A stretch of 63,619 nucleotides of DNA, counting the filler. It is 4 parts of 4 records of this genome, joined end to end, with 100 filler letters (N's around TTAATTAATTAA, not from the genome) between each part and the next. Parts side by side here need not be neighbours in the genome. Positions count along the whole stretch, not along the records: positions 30,261 to 57,078 come from SRR31156797_9996; positions 57,179 to 63,619 come from SRR31156797_10013; 2 more parts are not named here. The stretch is one strand, 5' to 3'. Within the stretch, counting starts at the first letter, position 1, and the number at the start of each line of letters is the position of its first letter. Shown here in pieces: positions 46,724 to 57,259 of this stretch. The position numbers and the translations under genes were made by a program. A model generated the notes under the pieces. The model worked only from the letters and a program-made list of their open reading frames with translations, ran no database searches and was not told the DNA's origin.

Positions 46724-48655
46724 ATGAAAACACCAAAATTTTTTACTGCTGCTGTCATTGCTGTTGCCCTTTTTCTGGGAATCACAGCCTGCTCCACCCA
46801 CAAACCAGTGCCTGCCCCGGCAAAAACTGACGTCAAACTCAAACCGGGCCAGATTCCCCTGCGCGATTTTTTTAAGAATCCTGTAGCTGAAGGTTTTACC
46901 ATCTCCCCGGACGGTAAAAAAATAGCATGGCTGGCACCTTGGAAAGATAGACTCAATATTTTCGTCAAAAACCTTTCCAGTGCTAAAACGACCAGAGTGA
47001 CCAGCGCGACCAAAAGGGATATTTACGGGTATTTCTGGGCCGGTAACGAACGTATTGTCTTCGGACAGGATTCAGGTGGAGATGAAAACGTCCACACTTT
47101 TTCCGCCGCCATTGACGGTAGCGGCGAAAAAGACCTGACTCCATTTAAAAACACCCGCACCAACCTGCTGGATGAACTTGAAAGTGATGATGACCACATC
47201 CTGATCACCATCAACAAAGATGATCCCCGACTTTTCGATGTGTACAAACTAAACGTCGTCAGCGGAGAACTTAAGCTTGAAGCCCGCAATCCCGGCGATG
47301 TGGGCGGCTGGATGACCGACCATAACGGCACTGTGCGCCTTGCCGTTGCCAGCCGTAACGGCCAGAATGTCATCCTCTACCGGAAAAATGCGAAAGATTT
47401 ATTCCGTCCGATCATGAGTCTTGATTTCAGGACAGCATTCTCTCCCTTGGTTTTTGATTTCAATAACGAGAAGTTCTACGTCAGCACCAATATCGACCGC
47501 GACAAGCAGGCCATCTACCTTTTCAACCCGGAGACCTTAAAACTTGAGCATCTTATTTTCGAACATCCCGACGTGGACGTTACTCAGCTCATGTACTCTA
47601 AAAAACGCAAGGTCATCACCGGAGCGGGCTTCTATACAGATAAACATCATTATGTATTTTTTGATGATCAACGCGAAGATCTCCAAAATGATCTTGACGC
47701 AATGCTGCCCGGATATGAGGTGGTAGTCACTGATGCTGACAAGGATGAAACAAAGTGCATAGTCCGCACCTACTCAGACCGCAGCCTCGGAGCCGGATAC
47801 ATTTACGATGTTGAAAGTAAACAGCTCGAAAAAATTGCTGAAGTCAGCCCATGGTTTGATCAATCAAAAATGGCTGAGATGAAACCGGTATCCTTCACAT
47901 CCCGCGACGGACTGACTATCCATGGCTACCTGAGCCTGCCCAAAGGTAAAGAGCCTAAAAACCTGCCAGTGCTCATCAATCCTCATGGAGGACCTTGGGC
48001 TAGAGACTACTGGGGATTCAACCCCGAAGTGCAATTCCTGACCAACCGGGGCATTGCGGTCATGCAGGTCAACTTTCGCGGTTCTGTCGGATACGGACGT
48101 GAATTCTGGGAAAAAGGATTCAAGCAATGGGGCCTCAACATGCAGAACGACCTGACTGACGCAGTCCACTGGCTGATAGATCAGGGCATTGCCGATCCCG
48201 AAAGAATTGCCATCTACGGCGCCTCATATGGAGGCTACGCAACCCTTGCCGGATTAACCTTTACCCCTGACCTTTATGCCTGCGGCATAGACTATGTCGG
48301 CCCTTCCAACTTGTTCACCCTGTTGGAGACCCTACCCCCGTACTGGGAGACGGAAAAAGAAGAATTCTACATCAAAGTCGGTGACCCGGTGCGGGACTAT
48401 AAACTGTTGCGCAAGATCTCCCCTGTATTTCATGCGGATAAGATCAAGGCCCCGCTCTTCGTAGCTCAAGGAGCCAACGACCCGCGCGTAAAAAAAGCCG
48501 AGTCAGACCAGATAGTAGAAGCCCTGCGGAATCGCGGCGTGCCCGTGGAATACATGATCAAAGACAACGAAGGACACGGATTCCACAATCAGGAAAACCG
48601 GTTTGACTTCTATGAAGCCATGGAAAGGTTCTTGAAAAAACATCTGCTGCAGTAG
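46724..48655 (+). CDS. S9 family prolyl oligopeptidase/acylaminoacyl peptidase, lipoprotein
   Basis: Lipobox ITAC; HGGP, NFRGS, GASYGG nucleophile, GANDPRV, EGHGF. Confidence 0.95.
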   Translation: MKTPKFFTAAVIAVALFLGITACSTHKPVPAPAKTDVKLKPGQIPLRDFFKNPVAEGFTISPDGKKIAWLAPWKDRLNIFVKNLSSAKTTRVTSATKRDIYGYFWAGNERIVFGQDSGGDENVHTFSAAIDGSGEKDLTPFKNTRTNLLDELESDDDHILITINKDDPRLFDVYKLNVVSGELKLEARNPGDVGGWMTDHNGTVRLAVASRNGQNVILYRKNAKDLFRPIMSLDFRTAFSPLVFDFNNEKFYVSTNIDRDKQAIYLFNPETLKLEHLIFEHPDVDVTQLMYSKKRKVITGAGFYTDKHHYVFFDDQREDLQNDLDAMLPGYEVVVTDADKDETKCIVRTYSDRSLGAGYIYDVESKQLEKIAEVSPWFDQSKMAEMKPVSFTSRDGLTIHGYLSLPKGKEPKNLPVLINPHGGPWARDYWGFNPEVQFLTNRGIAVMQVNFRGSVGYGREFWEKGFKQWGLNMQNDLTDAVHWLIDQGIADPERIAIYGASYGGYATLAGLTFTPDLYACGIDYVGPSNLFTLLETLPPYWETEKEEFYIKVGDPVRDYKLLRKISPVFHADKIKAPLFVAQGANDPRVKKAESDQIVEALRNRGVPVEYMIKDNEGHGFHNQENRFDFYEAMERFLKKHLLQ

Positions 48656-48674
48656 ATTGAATCATACTACCAAC

Positions 48675-48713
48675 AAAAAACGCCGCATCCTCAATGAATG
48701 CGGCGTTTTTTTT
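48675..48713. terminator. Bidirectional terminator
   Basis: aaaaaacgccgcat...atgcggcgttttttt between convergent genes. Confidence 0.88.
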
Positions 48714-48731
48714 GATTGTTAAGAAATAAAC

Positions 48732-50054
48732 TTATCTGCGTAACAACGAAATCCCGGAAATTTTATTGAAAGTACGAACTGCAAAAGTATCGGTCATACC
48801 GGACACGTAATCCACAATCTTCTGGGTATTCTGATACACAGTCGCATCGGCAGACGGAGCGTAAAGTTCAGGCAGCAATTTGACGGACTTCTTGCTCTTT
48901 GCTCCCAGCTTGCCCTTGGTATGAGTCTCAATGACTATGCGTCCCAGAAAATCTAAAATCTTCCAGAGCACTTCATATGCAGCAGCTTCGGTTTCGATTA
49001 CTTCAGTGGAATTGTAAACCTTCTCGATTGCAATTTCCTTGAGTCTGCTGAATTCTTTAGCTTTAGCTATTTCCTCAGTCAGACTGGAATTAAATTTTCC
49101 ATCAAGGATTTGATGCTCATGATCAAAAAAGACGTTGCAGGAACTTTCCACCAACGCATTGATGGTGCAGGCCCGAAGATATTCCACCTGCTCTTTCTTA
49201 CCGGGGATACGGTCAACACGGGCAATGATGTCAGCTTTATTATCCAAAATATCCAAGAAGATACTACGCAATTCATCAAAAGAAATAAGTTGGAGACGAT
49301 GTCCGTCTTCAATATCAATGACGTGGTAGCAGATGTCATCCGCTGCCTCTACCAAATAGGCAAAAGGATGGCGCACCCATTTTTTCTCTTCCAGCTCAGT
49401 CAGTCCAAGATGCTCGGCAACCTCAGCATAAATTTCAGCTTCACTGGCGAAAACACCGAACTTCTTCTTCCCTTTGATATGCCCTGAGACATAAGGATAC
49501 TTGGTAAAAGCAGCCAAGGTAGCACAGGTAAGCTGCATGCCCCCTTTGCTATAGGGACGTTGCAGGGCGAGGATATTACGCAACCCCTGTGCATTGCCCT
49601 CAAACCATATGAAATCATTGCGGTACTCTGCATCAACCATAAAGCAAAGCTCTGAGCCTATTTCTGAAGTCTGAAACCAATCCCGAATTACATCCTCCCC
49701 GGAATGTCCGAAAGGAGGATTGCCTATGTCATGGGCAAGGCAAGCCGTTGCCACTACGGTTCCCGGCTCTGAAGAAATAAGATCAAGATCAGGATATTCT
49801 TCAACCAGCCGACTGCCGACCATATTACCAAGAGAGCGGCCTACTGAGGAAGTTTCAAGACTATGGGTCAACCTAGTTCGCACATAATCACTGCGCGAAA
49901 GCGGAAAAACCTGTGTTTTATCCTGCAATCTCCTGAAGGCTGAGGAAAAAATAATGCGGTCAAAATCGCGCTGGAATTCACTGCGGTCTTTGTCTGCGTA
50001 GTTTGATTTTTCTTTTCCGATTCTCTGCTTACTTAATAACTTATTCCACTGCAT
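48732..50054 (-). CDS. dgt: Deoxyguanosinetriphosphate triphosphohydrolase
   Basis: DFDRIIFSSAFRRLQDKTQV, RTRLTHSLE, LAHDIGNPPFGH, EGNAQ, EAADDICY, DYVSGMTD. Confidence 0.95.
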   Translation of the reverse strand: MQWNKLLSKQRIGKEKSNYADKDRSEFQRDFDRIIFSSAFRRLQDKTQVFPLSRSDYVRTRLTHSLETSSVGRSLGNMVGSRLVEEYPDLDLISSEPGTVVATACLAHDIGNPPFGHSGEDVIRDWFQTSEIGSELCFMVDAEYRNDFIWFEGNAQGLRNILALQRPYSKGGMQLTCATLAAFTKYPYVSGHIKGKKKFGVFASEAEIYAEVAEHLGLTELEEKKWVRHPFAYLVEAADDICYHVIDIEDGHRLQLISFDELRSIFLDILDNKADIIARVDRIPGKKEQVEYLRACTINALVESSCNVFFDHEHQILDGKFNSSLTEEIAKAKEFSRLKEIAIEKVYNSTEVIETEAAAYEVLWKILDFLGRIVIETHTKGKLGAKSKKSVKLLPELYAPSADATVYQNTQKIVDYVSGMTDTFAVRTFNKISGISLLRR

Positions 50055-50072
50055 CTACATTTTATCCTTTAA

Positions 50073-50843
50073 CTACTCATCAAAATACTTTTTCTTTATC
50101 CGTTCCAACGAACCATCAGCACGCATCGACTTGAGAGCAAGATTAAATCGGTCACGCAAAAATCCCAACTTACATTTTCTGGAAAAAGCAACATGAACAT
50201 CACTGATACTGACAGGCGGCTCAAGACTTTTGATCTGTCCTGCAACGCCCATTTTATGCATCGTATTTAACGATGAAAGAATATCCCCGACATAAATATC
50301 AAATCGACCTTTAAGCAGTTTAGCTATATTCATTTCCGGCGAGACACCCACTTCAACTCGAGATGCCGGGACTTCATTCTTGAGAAATACATCTACATCT
50401 TCGCCATAGCTATAACCACTTACGACTCCGAATGAACTATTTTTAAATTTATTCAAATCGCCACCAAACACAAGAGGAGAATCATAACGCACAAAAAAAG
50501 CTATCCTTTCGTAACGGACGGGGTCAGTGAAGAGCATCTTTTCAACCCGTTCCGGAAGCTTAAACACTCCGAAAACGCCATCCGCATCTCCAGACATTCC
50601 CATATTCAAGGCCCGTTTCCATGGGACAAGCATTATCTCCAAATCTTCATCCATACGGCGAAAGCATTCTTGCAAAATTTCTATATCATACCCTTTAAAT
50701 GTACCATTTTGAGAATATGAATACGGCTCGTATTCCAATGAAACAAGAGTATATCTACCCGCCCAGACAGATGTAGTGCTCAACACCAGTCCGACGCAGA
50801 AAAGCATTATAACTATTATTCTTTTTGACGTTATATCTCTCAT
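50073..50843 (-). CDS. Periplasmic substrate-binding protein, family 3
   Basis: Signal peptide, YEPY, PWKRAL, GYSYG, LLKGRFD, DGSLERIKKKY; start uncertain. Confidence 0.85.
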   Translation of the reverse strand: MRDITSKRIIVIMLFCVGLVLSTTSVWAGRYTLVSLEYEPYSYSQNGTFKGYDIEILQECFRRMDEDLEIMLVPWKRALNMGMSGDADGVFGVFKLPERVEKMLFTDPVRYERIAFFVRYDSPLVFGGDLNKFKNSSFGVVSGYSYGEDVDVFLKNEVPASRVEVGVSPEMNIAKLLKGRFDIYVGDILSSLNTMHKMGVAGQIKSLEPPVSISDVHVAFSRKCKLGFLRDRFNLALKSMRADGSLERIKKKYFDE

Positions 50844-50908
50844 ATATATTATAAATACATTAAACAAACAGCTGCTGCAATATATTAACAAGAAAAGAGA
50901 GCAGCCCC

Positions 50909-52342
50909 CTACCCCCGATAAGAAAATAACAGTTTCAAAATCTTACGTACCCGGTCAGAAAACAGTTTCTCCCCAAGCAGCTTCCCGGCAACTTTTTTAT
51001 TCATCTCCGCAAGGGTCGGATAAGGATGAATAGCCCCGGCAAGAGTTGCAAGACCAACCTTGCCATTCACCACGGCAACCCATTCGGAAAGCAGTTCCCC
51101 GGCATGGACCGCTGCAATCTGGCAACCAATGGGCTTCTCTTTTTCATTAAGCAACAGTTTGATCCGCCCCCAACCTTCACCTTCAGCCAAAGCACGGTCA
51201 CTGGACGCGAACTCTTCAATTACTGTCTTGTACTTAATGCCCGCCTTACGGGCAGCCTTTTCATTCATACCCACACTGGCAAGTTCCGGGTCCGTATAAG
51301 TACACCATGGCAGCCAAGTGTAATCTGCCTTACGCGGCAGCCGAAATACGGCATTGGAAACCACAATTCCGCCCTCATATCCTGCAGCATGTGTGAAGCG
51401 ATATTCCCCGGTCACATCCCCGGCAGCATAAAGATGAGGAATAGAGGTACGCATACGCTCATCCACTACAACAGACCCACGCTCAAGTTTTACGCCGATA
51501 TCTTCCAGTCCCAATCCGGAAGTATTGGATCTGCGCCCCATGGCGACCAAAAGTTGAGAACCTTCGACGGTCAGTTTTTTCCCACCAGCTTCCAGTAGGA
51601 CTTCGACACCTTCATCGTTCTTGCGAACCTCATGAACCTTTGATCCAAGGATAAAACGCACCCCATCCTCAACCATGCCGTCCATGACATAACCTGCCAT
51701 ATCTTCATCTTCCCGGCTCAGAATCTGATTGCTGCGCTGGATGACCGTCACTTTGCTACCCAGCCGCTGGAATGACTGGGCCATTTCCACGGCAATGGGG
51801 CCACCTCCGAGCACGACTAATGACTCAGGAAGTTCCTGCAAAGAAAAGATGTCTACATTGGTCAGATACGGAACGCCATTAAGTCCCTTTATGGGCGGGG
51901 CAGACGGAGACGAACCTGTGGCAACCACCCAAGAGCGGGCCGAGACATTGCTTCCATTTAAGGAAACCGAATGGGAATCGACAAAACGGACTTCACCGAA
52001 ACGGACTTCAACTCCCAATGAATTGAAGCGCTCCACAGAATCATGAATCTGAATGGTAGCTATGACTTCGCTGACACGCTTGGTAACCTGTGTAAAATCC
52101 ACCGGGGGCAGTTCAACTTCGGGCAACCCGAAATCACCGGCCCGGCCCATGAGATGGCGCACCCGGGCACTACGGATAAGAGTCTTACTGGGCACGCAAC
52201 CATAGTGCAGACAATCCCCGCCCAGCTTGTCTTCTTTATCGATGAGCAGAACCTTTACGCCAAGCTGGGCGGCCCCGGCAGCAATAGTCAATCCGGCTGC
52301 TCCGCCGCCAATCACACCGAGGTCATAGTCGTATCTTGCCAT
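50909..52342 (-). CDS. Dihydrolipoamide dehydrogenase / MerA-like flavin disulfide reductase
   Basis: GGGAAG, GGDCLHYGCVPSK, GGGPIAVE, AAGDV, HPYPTLAE; no C-terminal CC pair. Confidence 0.9.
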   Translation of the reverse strand: MARYDYDLGVIGGGAAGLTIAAGAAQLGVKVLLIDKEDKLGGDCLHYGCVPSKTLIRSARVRHLMGRAGDFGLPEVELPPVDFTQVTKRVSEVIATIQIHDSVERFNSLGVEVRFGEVRFVDSHSVSLNGSNVSARSWVVATGSSPSAPPIKGLNGVPYLTNVDIFSLQELPESLVVLGGGPIAVEMAQSFQRLGSKVTVIQRSNQILSREDEDMAGYVMDGMVEDGVRFILGSKVHEVRKNDEGVEVLLEAGGKKLTVEGSQLLVAMGRRSNTSGLGLEDIGVKLERGSVVVDERMRTSIPHLYAAGDVTGEYRFTHAAGYEGGIVVSNAVFRLPRKADYTWLPWCTYTDPELASVGMNEKAARKAGIKYKTVIEEFASSDRALAEGEGWGRIKLLLNEKEKPIGCQIAAVHAGELLSEWVAVVNGKVGLATLAGAIHPYPTLAEMNKKVAGKLLGEKLFSDRVRKILKLLFSYRG

Positions 52343-52354
52343 ATCGTCTCCACT

Positions 52355-53311
52355 TTAAACATGAAGCACACCTCGCAAGGCAGCTCCGTAAAGCCCGCTT
52401 TCCTGATTGTCATTCAAAAATACCGGGATCTGCTTCAAAAGATCACCCATGGAACTGGACTCGAGAAATTCTTCCATGAACACAGGTTGCTCAACCACAA
52501 AAGGATTCTTAGCCACAATCCCTCCGGCAATGTACAGCCCGCCGGTGGCGCAAACGGTGATAGCATAGTTGCGGCAACATCGGGCAGTGAACCGGGAATA
52601 CCATTCAAGGGTCTTACCGCCCTGCTTCATCTTTTTAGCAACCATCTTCGGCTCAAGGTCTTCCCCGGTAAGGTAGAGATGCAACATGTTCAACCCACGC
52701 CCGGTAAGCACTTCATCGCCACAGCAATAGGAAATATTGCGCTTATCCATGACGAATTTACAAAAATCCAGTTCATCTGCAGTCTGGCAGGGAAAGCTGA
52801 TATGTCCGCCCTCAGAAGGAACAGGCACGTAGCCCAACTCTGACACAGGAACAGGAACCAAAGCGCAATGTCCCAATCCGGTTCCGGCACCTATTACGCC
52901 CACTGTACCCATGGGGGAAATCTCAACCTCATGAATGACCCGGCAACCTTCCACCGCCGGAGTACGACAGGCATATGCCTGCGCCGCAAAATCATTGATC
53001 AGCACGACGGCGTTAAAGCCATATTTTTTATAACCGCCCCGGAAGTCCACATCCCAATCAACATTGGTAACATTACAGTAGACACCACCCACCACCGGAC
53101 CGGCCACGGCTATGACTGTGACATCGAAATCGGACGGAGTGTAAGGAAAGTCGCTTACGGCCAGCATTTCCATAAGATGATCAAAACTGCGGGCTTCAAC
53201 GCTTGAAAGCCAAACTGTTTCCTTCATGGCGAGCTGATGGCCCGGACCGGACTCAAATGCTGCAAATCTGCTGTTTGTACCACCAATATCAACGGCAAGA
53301 ACAAGTCCCAT
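52355..53311 (-). CDS. glk: Glucokinase (group II, E. coli type)
   Basis: DIGGTNSRF, AVAGPV, INDF, GAGTGLG, SEGGH, GGLYIAGGI. Confidence 0.92.
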   Translation of the reverse strand: MGLVLAVDIGGTNSRFAAFESGPGHQLAMKETVWLSSVEARSFDHLMEMLAVSDFPYTPSDFDVTVIAVAGPVVGGVYCNVTNVDWDVDFRGGYKKYGFNAVVLINDFAAQAYACRTPAVEGCRVIHEVEISPMGTVGVIGAGTGLGHCALVPVPVSELGYVPVPSEGGHISFPCQTADELDFCKFVMDKRNISYCCGDEVLTGRGLNMLHLYLTGEDLEPKMVAKKMKQGGKTLEWYSRFTARCCRNYAITVCATGGLYIAGGIVAKNPFVVEQPVFMEEFLESSSMGDLLKQIPVFLNDNQESGLYGAALRGVLHV

Positions 53312-53522
53312 TATAGCAATCCCCTGCTCTAAAATTAATTATCTTATCCCAATAAACTGACTGGAATTCTAATACATTCATAGAAATAAATAAATGCGCT
53401 TGGGTTATTTTCCCTGCCTTGTCAAAAACCGGACACAAGAAAGCCCGATACGGACTGCCCCTTTTCGGGACGCCGCACCGGGCCTCATATTCAATTATAG
53501 CCTGGAGATCTGTACTATACGC

Positions 53523-54392
53523 CTATGAAGCCTTAGCCTTCACTAAAGGGACTTCATGGAGGATCTTATCCTTGGACTTTTTCTCATCCCGACGCATCTT
53601 GATATACTTGCGGGTAATATTCCTGAGAGCTTCAGCCTTTTCTTCACGGTCATCTGCATCAAGGAAGGCACCCAGTTTTCTTTCCAATTTGTAAGGATTC
53701 TGTTCTTTCTTAATGGCTATTACACCGTCGAGGATCATCTTCTGATTGATCAGTTCGTTGCGGGTCCGGCAACGCACGGTTTCAGCCATAGGCGCGAAAA
53801 TCATATTGCTGAGAACTACCCCATAAAGAGTTGAAATAAAAGCTACCGGGATATGCTTAAGAATCATTGCCGGATTATCAATACCCATGAGCAAACCGAT
53901 CAGACCGATTACTGAACCGGCAACACCGAAGGCAGGAGCAAAACGGGCCATGGACTGAAATACGCGCTCATATTCACCACGACGCATATTGAAAAATGAC
54001 ATTTCAGTTTTCAGGCAATCCTTGATTTCATCTTCCTCAAAATTATCCACCAGCAACATGAGTGCATTGCGCAGAAAGGAGATGGTAGTTTTCTCGCCTG
54101 CTTTTTCAAGGGAAAGCATGCCGTCCATCTTAGAACGGACACTGAGATCAAGCAGGGTCTCAACAATCTCCTCATGGGTAGCCAGACGGCTGGAATAAGT
54201 GTCCTGCACCACCCTGAAAGCTTCACGAAGTTGCTCCACCGGATAGCTGAGCAAAACCGCAACAGCGAGACCGGAAAGGACAATAGCAAGAGCCGCGGCG
54301 TTCCAGTAAAGGGCAATTCCGCCGCTGAACCAAAAACTTCCGGCAAAAATGGATGAGGCAATGATGACACCGATTAAATTCTTTTTATTCAT
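53523..54392 (-). CDS. motA: MotA/PomA-family stator subunit
   Basis: N-terminal TMs, RSKMDGMLSLE, APAFGVAGSVIGLI, STLYG..LSN..FAP, NPYKL. Confidence 0.88.
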   Translation of the reverse strand: MNKKNLIGVIIASSIFAGSFWFSGGIALYWNAAALAIVLSGLAVAVLLSYPVEQLREAFRVVQDTYSSRLATHEEIVETLLDLSVRSKMDGMLSLEKAGEKTTISFLRNALMLLVDNFEEDEIKDCLKTEMSFFNMRRGEYERVFQSMARFAPAFGVAGSVIGLIGLLMGIDNPAMILKHIPVAFISTLYGVVLSNMIFAPMAETVRCRTRNELINQKMILDGVIAIKKEQNPYKLERKLGAFLDADDREEKAEALRNITRKYIKMRRDEKKSKDKILHEVPLVKAKAS

Positions 54393-54403
54393 TACAGACC
54401 TCC

Positions 54404-55138
54404 TTACTGGGCATTGACGTCGGTATTAATGACTACGATCTCGACCCTGCGATTGTTGCCTTCCACCTTGCCCATATCACCGGGCAATTCCGGGGCAACC
54501 CCGCCGCGTCCGCTGACAATAATGCGAACCGGATCGATTGATTTTGTATTGATCAAATATTCGGCAACCTTAGCGGCGCGTCTTGCGGAAAGTTCAAAAG
54601 CATTCTGCTCGCCTACCTTGGCAGTATCAGAGGCATCGGTATGCCCGATAATATGAATGGCATGTTTGCTGGTCTTGAGTACATCTGCAACTTCAGCAAG
54701 ATATTTGCGGGTCTTACCTTCAAAGACATTCTGTCCAGGAGCGAAAAAGGCACTGCCGCGCATGACAATCCTAAGTTCGCCCCCCTCTTCCTTCATACTC
54801 ACTGCTCCGTCATTGCTGCGGTAAAGCACATCTTCGGGAGTCATAACCACTCTGGCGGAACTGGACATGGCATCACGATGAAATGAAATCATTTCAATCA
54901 ATCCATCCGCAGGATTCATTGCAACCTGCGACTGGGCATTACCCTCGAAAATGACTTTTATATTTTCCTTGGATTGGCTGTAGATAAACAGCACAACGAA
55001 AAGAACGAACATAACCATCATCAGGTCTGACCACGGAACAGCCCAGCCATTCATGCCGGAAGTATCCGCATCTCCTGATTTAAATTCCATAAGGTCAAGT
55101 TCACATTTCAGTTCATCGAATTTCATACCATGCTCCAT
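54404..55138 (-). CDS. motB: MotB/PomB-family stator subunit with OmpA-like domain
   Basis: WAVPWSDLMMVMFVLF TM with conserved Asp; GHTD, ELSARRA, NRRVEI. Confidence 0.88.
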   Translation of the reverse strand: MEHGMKFDELKCELDLMEFKSGDADTSGMNGWAVPWSDLMMVMFVLFVVLFIYSQSKENIKVIFEGNAQSQVAMNPADGLIEMISFHRDAMSSSARVVMTPEDVLYRSNDGAVSMKEEGGELRIVMRGSAFFAPGQNVFEGKTRKYLAEVADVLKTSKHAIHIIGHTDASDTAKVGEQNAFELSARRAAKVAEYLINTKSIDPVRIIVSGRGGVAPELPGDMGKVEGNNRRVEIVVINTDVNAQ

Positions 55139-55370
55139 CGTCTGATGAGTTCGGGATAAACCCGGGGTTCTCTTTCGATTCTTGAAGCAAGGGTAATGCC
55201 AATCGCCGTAACAGTGTATATTACAGGGGCTAAGAAAGAATATTTTTGCTTAAGAAAAGGATAAAAAATGCAAAAGTCAAAAACAGGACATAAACGGACG
55301 GTCTGAAAAAAAAGACGCCTCCCGTAACCGGAAAGCGTCATTCAATTGATCTACGATGCTTGAAAGAAAG

Positions 55371-56327
55371 TTATAGCTCGATGCACAAACCATCCTGAGC
55401 CATAATAATTTTATCCGGCCTGAACTCGGCAAGCTGAGAAAATTCAATGGTATCATCAAGAAATTTTTGAAGCTGAAAATCATCCAGCACGGGTTCCTGA
55501 TGAAAAAGACAAAGAGTTTTGACCTTGGCCATGCCGGAAAGCTCCACCGCAATAATATTATTGGAATGTCCCCAGTCCTCTTTAATGGAATTAGCCTCGG
55601 CAAATGAATACTGGGCATCCATGATCAAAAGGTCTGCTTCCTTAAAAAATTCAACAAAACCTTTATCAGCGAGAGCCGTAGCACTCTTGTGCTCACAATC
55701 AGTAGAGTAGACAGCGGACTTGCCGTCTTTTTCAAAACGATACCCAAAAGATCCGCCCGGATGGTATTGGGCCTTGATCTCGATATCTACCCCAGCGATA
55801 TTAATCCTCTGCCCGGTCTTCAAACGAATAAAATCAAATTCTGCGGCCAGATTTTCAAAATGAACCGGAAAACAAGGCTCACTCTGCTGGTTGCGCAGCA
55901 CCTTTTCTATACCGGGATGTCCACCGTAGAAAGTGATCTTATTGCCGGGAATGTAGGCGGGTACGAAAAAAGGAAAACCCTGAATATGATCCCAATGCAG
56001 ATGGGACATGAGGATATGAAAATGCGCTCCCGGGGCACCATGACGGTCAGCCATAACCTTGTTGCCTAGATCACGCAGTCCGGTCCCGCAATCACAGATG
56101 ATGTAATCATCCCCCTGCCCTTCAACCTGAATGCAGGGAGTATTGGTCCCGTAGGAACCGCGAACAGGAAAGGGAAGCTCATTGTCAATAAACTGGTCAA
56201 GATCCGTAGTTGAATCAATACCCTTTTCAACTGCGATCTCCAGTGCGGCCTTCACTTTGGCTCTAGCCCTTTCGGCATTGAATGTGGCAGACAGAGAACC
56301 TCGCGCTCCCCAGATGCAAACCTTCAT
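55371..56327 (-). CDS. MBL-fold metallohydrolase (PhnP / cyclic-nucleotide phosphodiesterase-like)
   Basis: WGARGS, YGTNTPC, DCGTG, SHLHWDHIQG, HPGG, TDCEH, WGHS, FHQEP. Confidence 0.9.
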   Translation of the reverse strand: MKVCIWGARGSLSATFNAERARAKVKAALEIAVEKGIDSTTDLDQFIDNELPFPVRGSYGTNTPCIQVEGQGDDYIICDCGTGLRDLGNKVMADRHGAPGAHFHILMSHLHWDHIQGFPFFVPAYIPGNKITFYGGHPGIEKVLRNQQSEPCFPVHFENLAAEFDFIRLKTGQRINIAGVDIEIKAQYHPGGSFGYRFEKDGKSAVYSTDCEHKSATALADKGFVEFFKEADLLIMDAQYSFAEANSIKEDWGHSNNIIAVELSGMAKVKTLCLFHQEPVLDDFQLQKFLDDTIEFSQLAEFRPDKIIMAQDGLCIEL

Positions 56328-56487
56328 TAATCACTCCTGTTCACAATAATTTATTAATTATTACATTCAGAAGCACAAAAGGGCAACAAAAGCGTATAAA
56401 AAATAACATGATTACAGCCCAGACCATTCACTTTTGATCATTTTCAAACTATCAAACAAAGTTATAAATCAACAAAAAGGAATTATC

Positions 56488-57078
56488 ATGAGTATATACA
56501 AAACCATAAAACCACTGACACTTGGATCAGGCTCCCCGCGCCGCAAAGATCTGCTCCACTCTGCCGGGCTGGAATTTGAAATCAAACCCGCAACCTGCGA
56601 CGAACCGGCCCCCACTCCCGGTCAGGAACCTGAAGATTACGCTACCAAAATGGCCGAGCTGAAGGCAGAAAATGTAGCCGCAAGCAATCCCGGAACCTAC
56701 GTGCTAGGATCTGATACCATAGTAGTCCGTGACCGCGACATTCTCGGTAAGCCCGTAGACCGCGAAGAAGCCTACCAGATGGTCAAATCCCTCTGCGGAC
56801 GTAAACACAAAGTAATCAGCGGTTGCGCGCTTATTTCACCGGAAGGCAAAAAAATGAGCTACGCTGTCTCCACAGAAGTAGAATTCATAGACTTCAACGA
56901 AGCCGCAGTACGCGCCTACGCCGCAACCGGAGAGCCGGACGACAAAGCCGGCGCATATGCTATTCAAGGCCAAGGCGCATTTCTGGTCAAAGGGATAAGC
57001 GGATCATACACTAACGTTGTGGGTCTGCCCTTGGCACGGGTAATTGAAACTCTGGTGGATTGGGGTGTGGTTATTGCG
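56488..57078 (+). CDS. maf: Maf family nucleotide pyrophosphatase, 3'-truncated by the contig edge
   Basis: LGSGSPRR, ELKA, GSDTIV, GKP, DKAGAYAIQG, NVVGLP. Confidence 0.95.
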
Positions 57079-57178
57079 NNNNNNNNNNNNNNNNNNNNNN
57101 NNNNNNNNNNNNNNNNNNNNNNTTAATTAATTAANNNNNNNNNNNNNNNNNNNNNNNNNNNNNNNNNNNNNNNNNNNN
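57079..57178. other. Artificial contig spacer
   Basis: 44 N + TTAATTAATTAA + 44 N. Confidence 0.99.
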
Positions 57179-57259
57179 GATGCTGAAGGATTTGCTAAAC
57201 AATGGGAAGCTGAATTCACTAAATTTGAAAACGTAGCTAAAAAACTTGGATTAAAATAG
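57179..57259 (+). CDS. tctC: 3' end of a probable TctC tripartite tricarboxylate substrate-binding protein
   Basis: DAEGFAKQWEAEFTKFENVAKKLGLK* resembles TctC C-termini and precedes tctB. Confidence 0.65.
   Translation, partial: DAEGFAKQWEAEFTKFENVAKKLGLK

Noticed and set aside
48732-50054. Anti-phage dGTPase
   Set aside because: Housekeeping context with no defence or mobile genes nearby; ordinary Dgt motifs
50909-52342. Mercuric reductase merA
   Set aside because: No C-terminal Cys-Cys pair, no NmerA domain, no mer genes; HPYPTLAE fits the Lpd-like group
43982-52843. Long antisense ORFs such as 43982-44695, 51026-51598 and 52043-52843
   Set aside because: They lie opposite well-conserved genes and show no recognisable motifs; typical shadow ORFs
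53523-55138. Zorya anti-phage system
   Set aside because: The MotA homolog is 289 aa without the long ZorA tail, the order is B-A, and no zorC/D/E is adjacent
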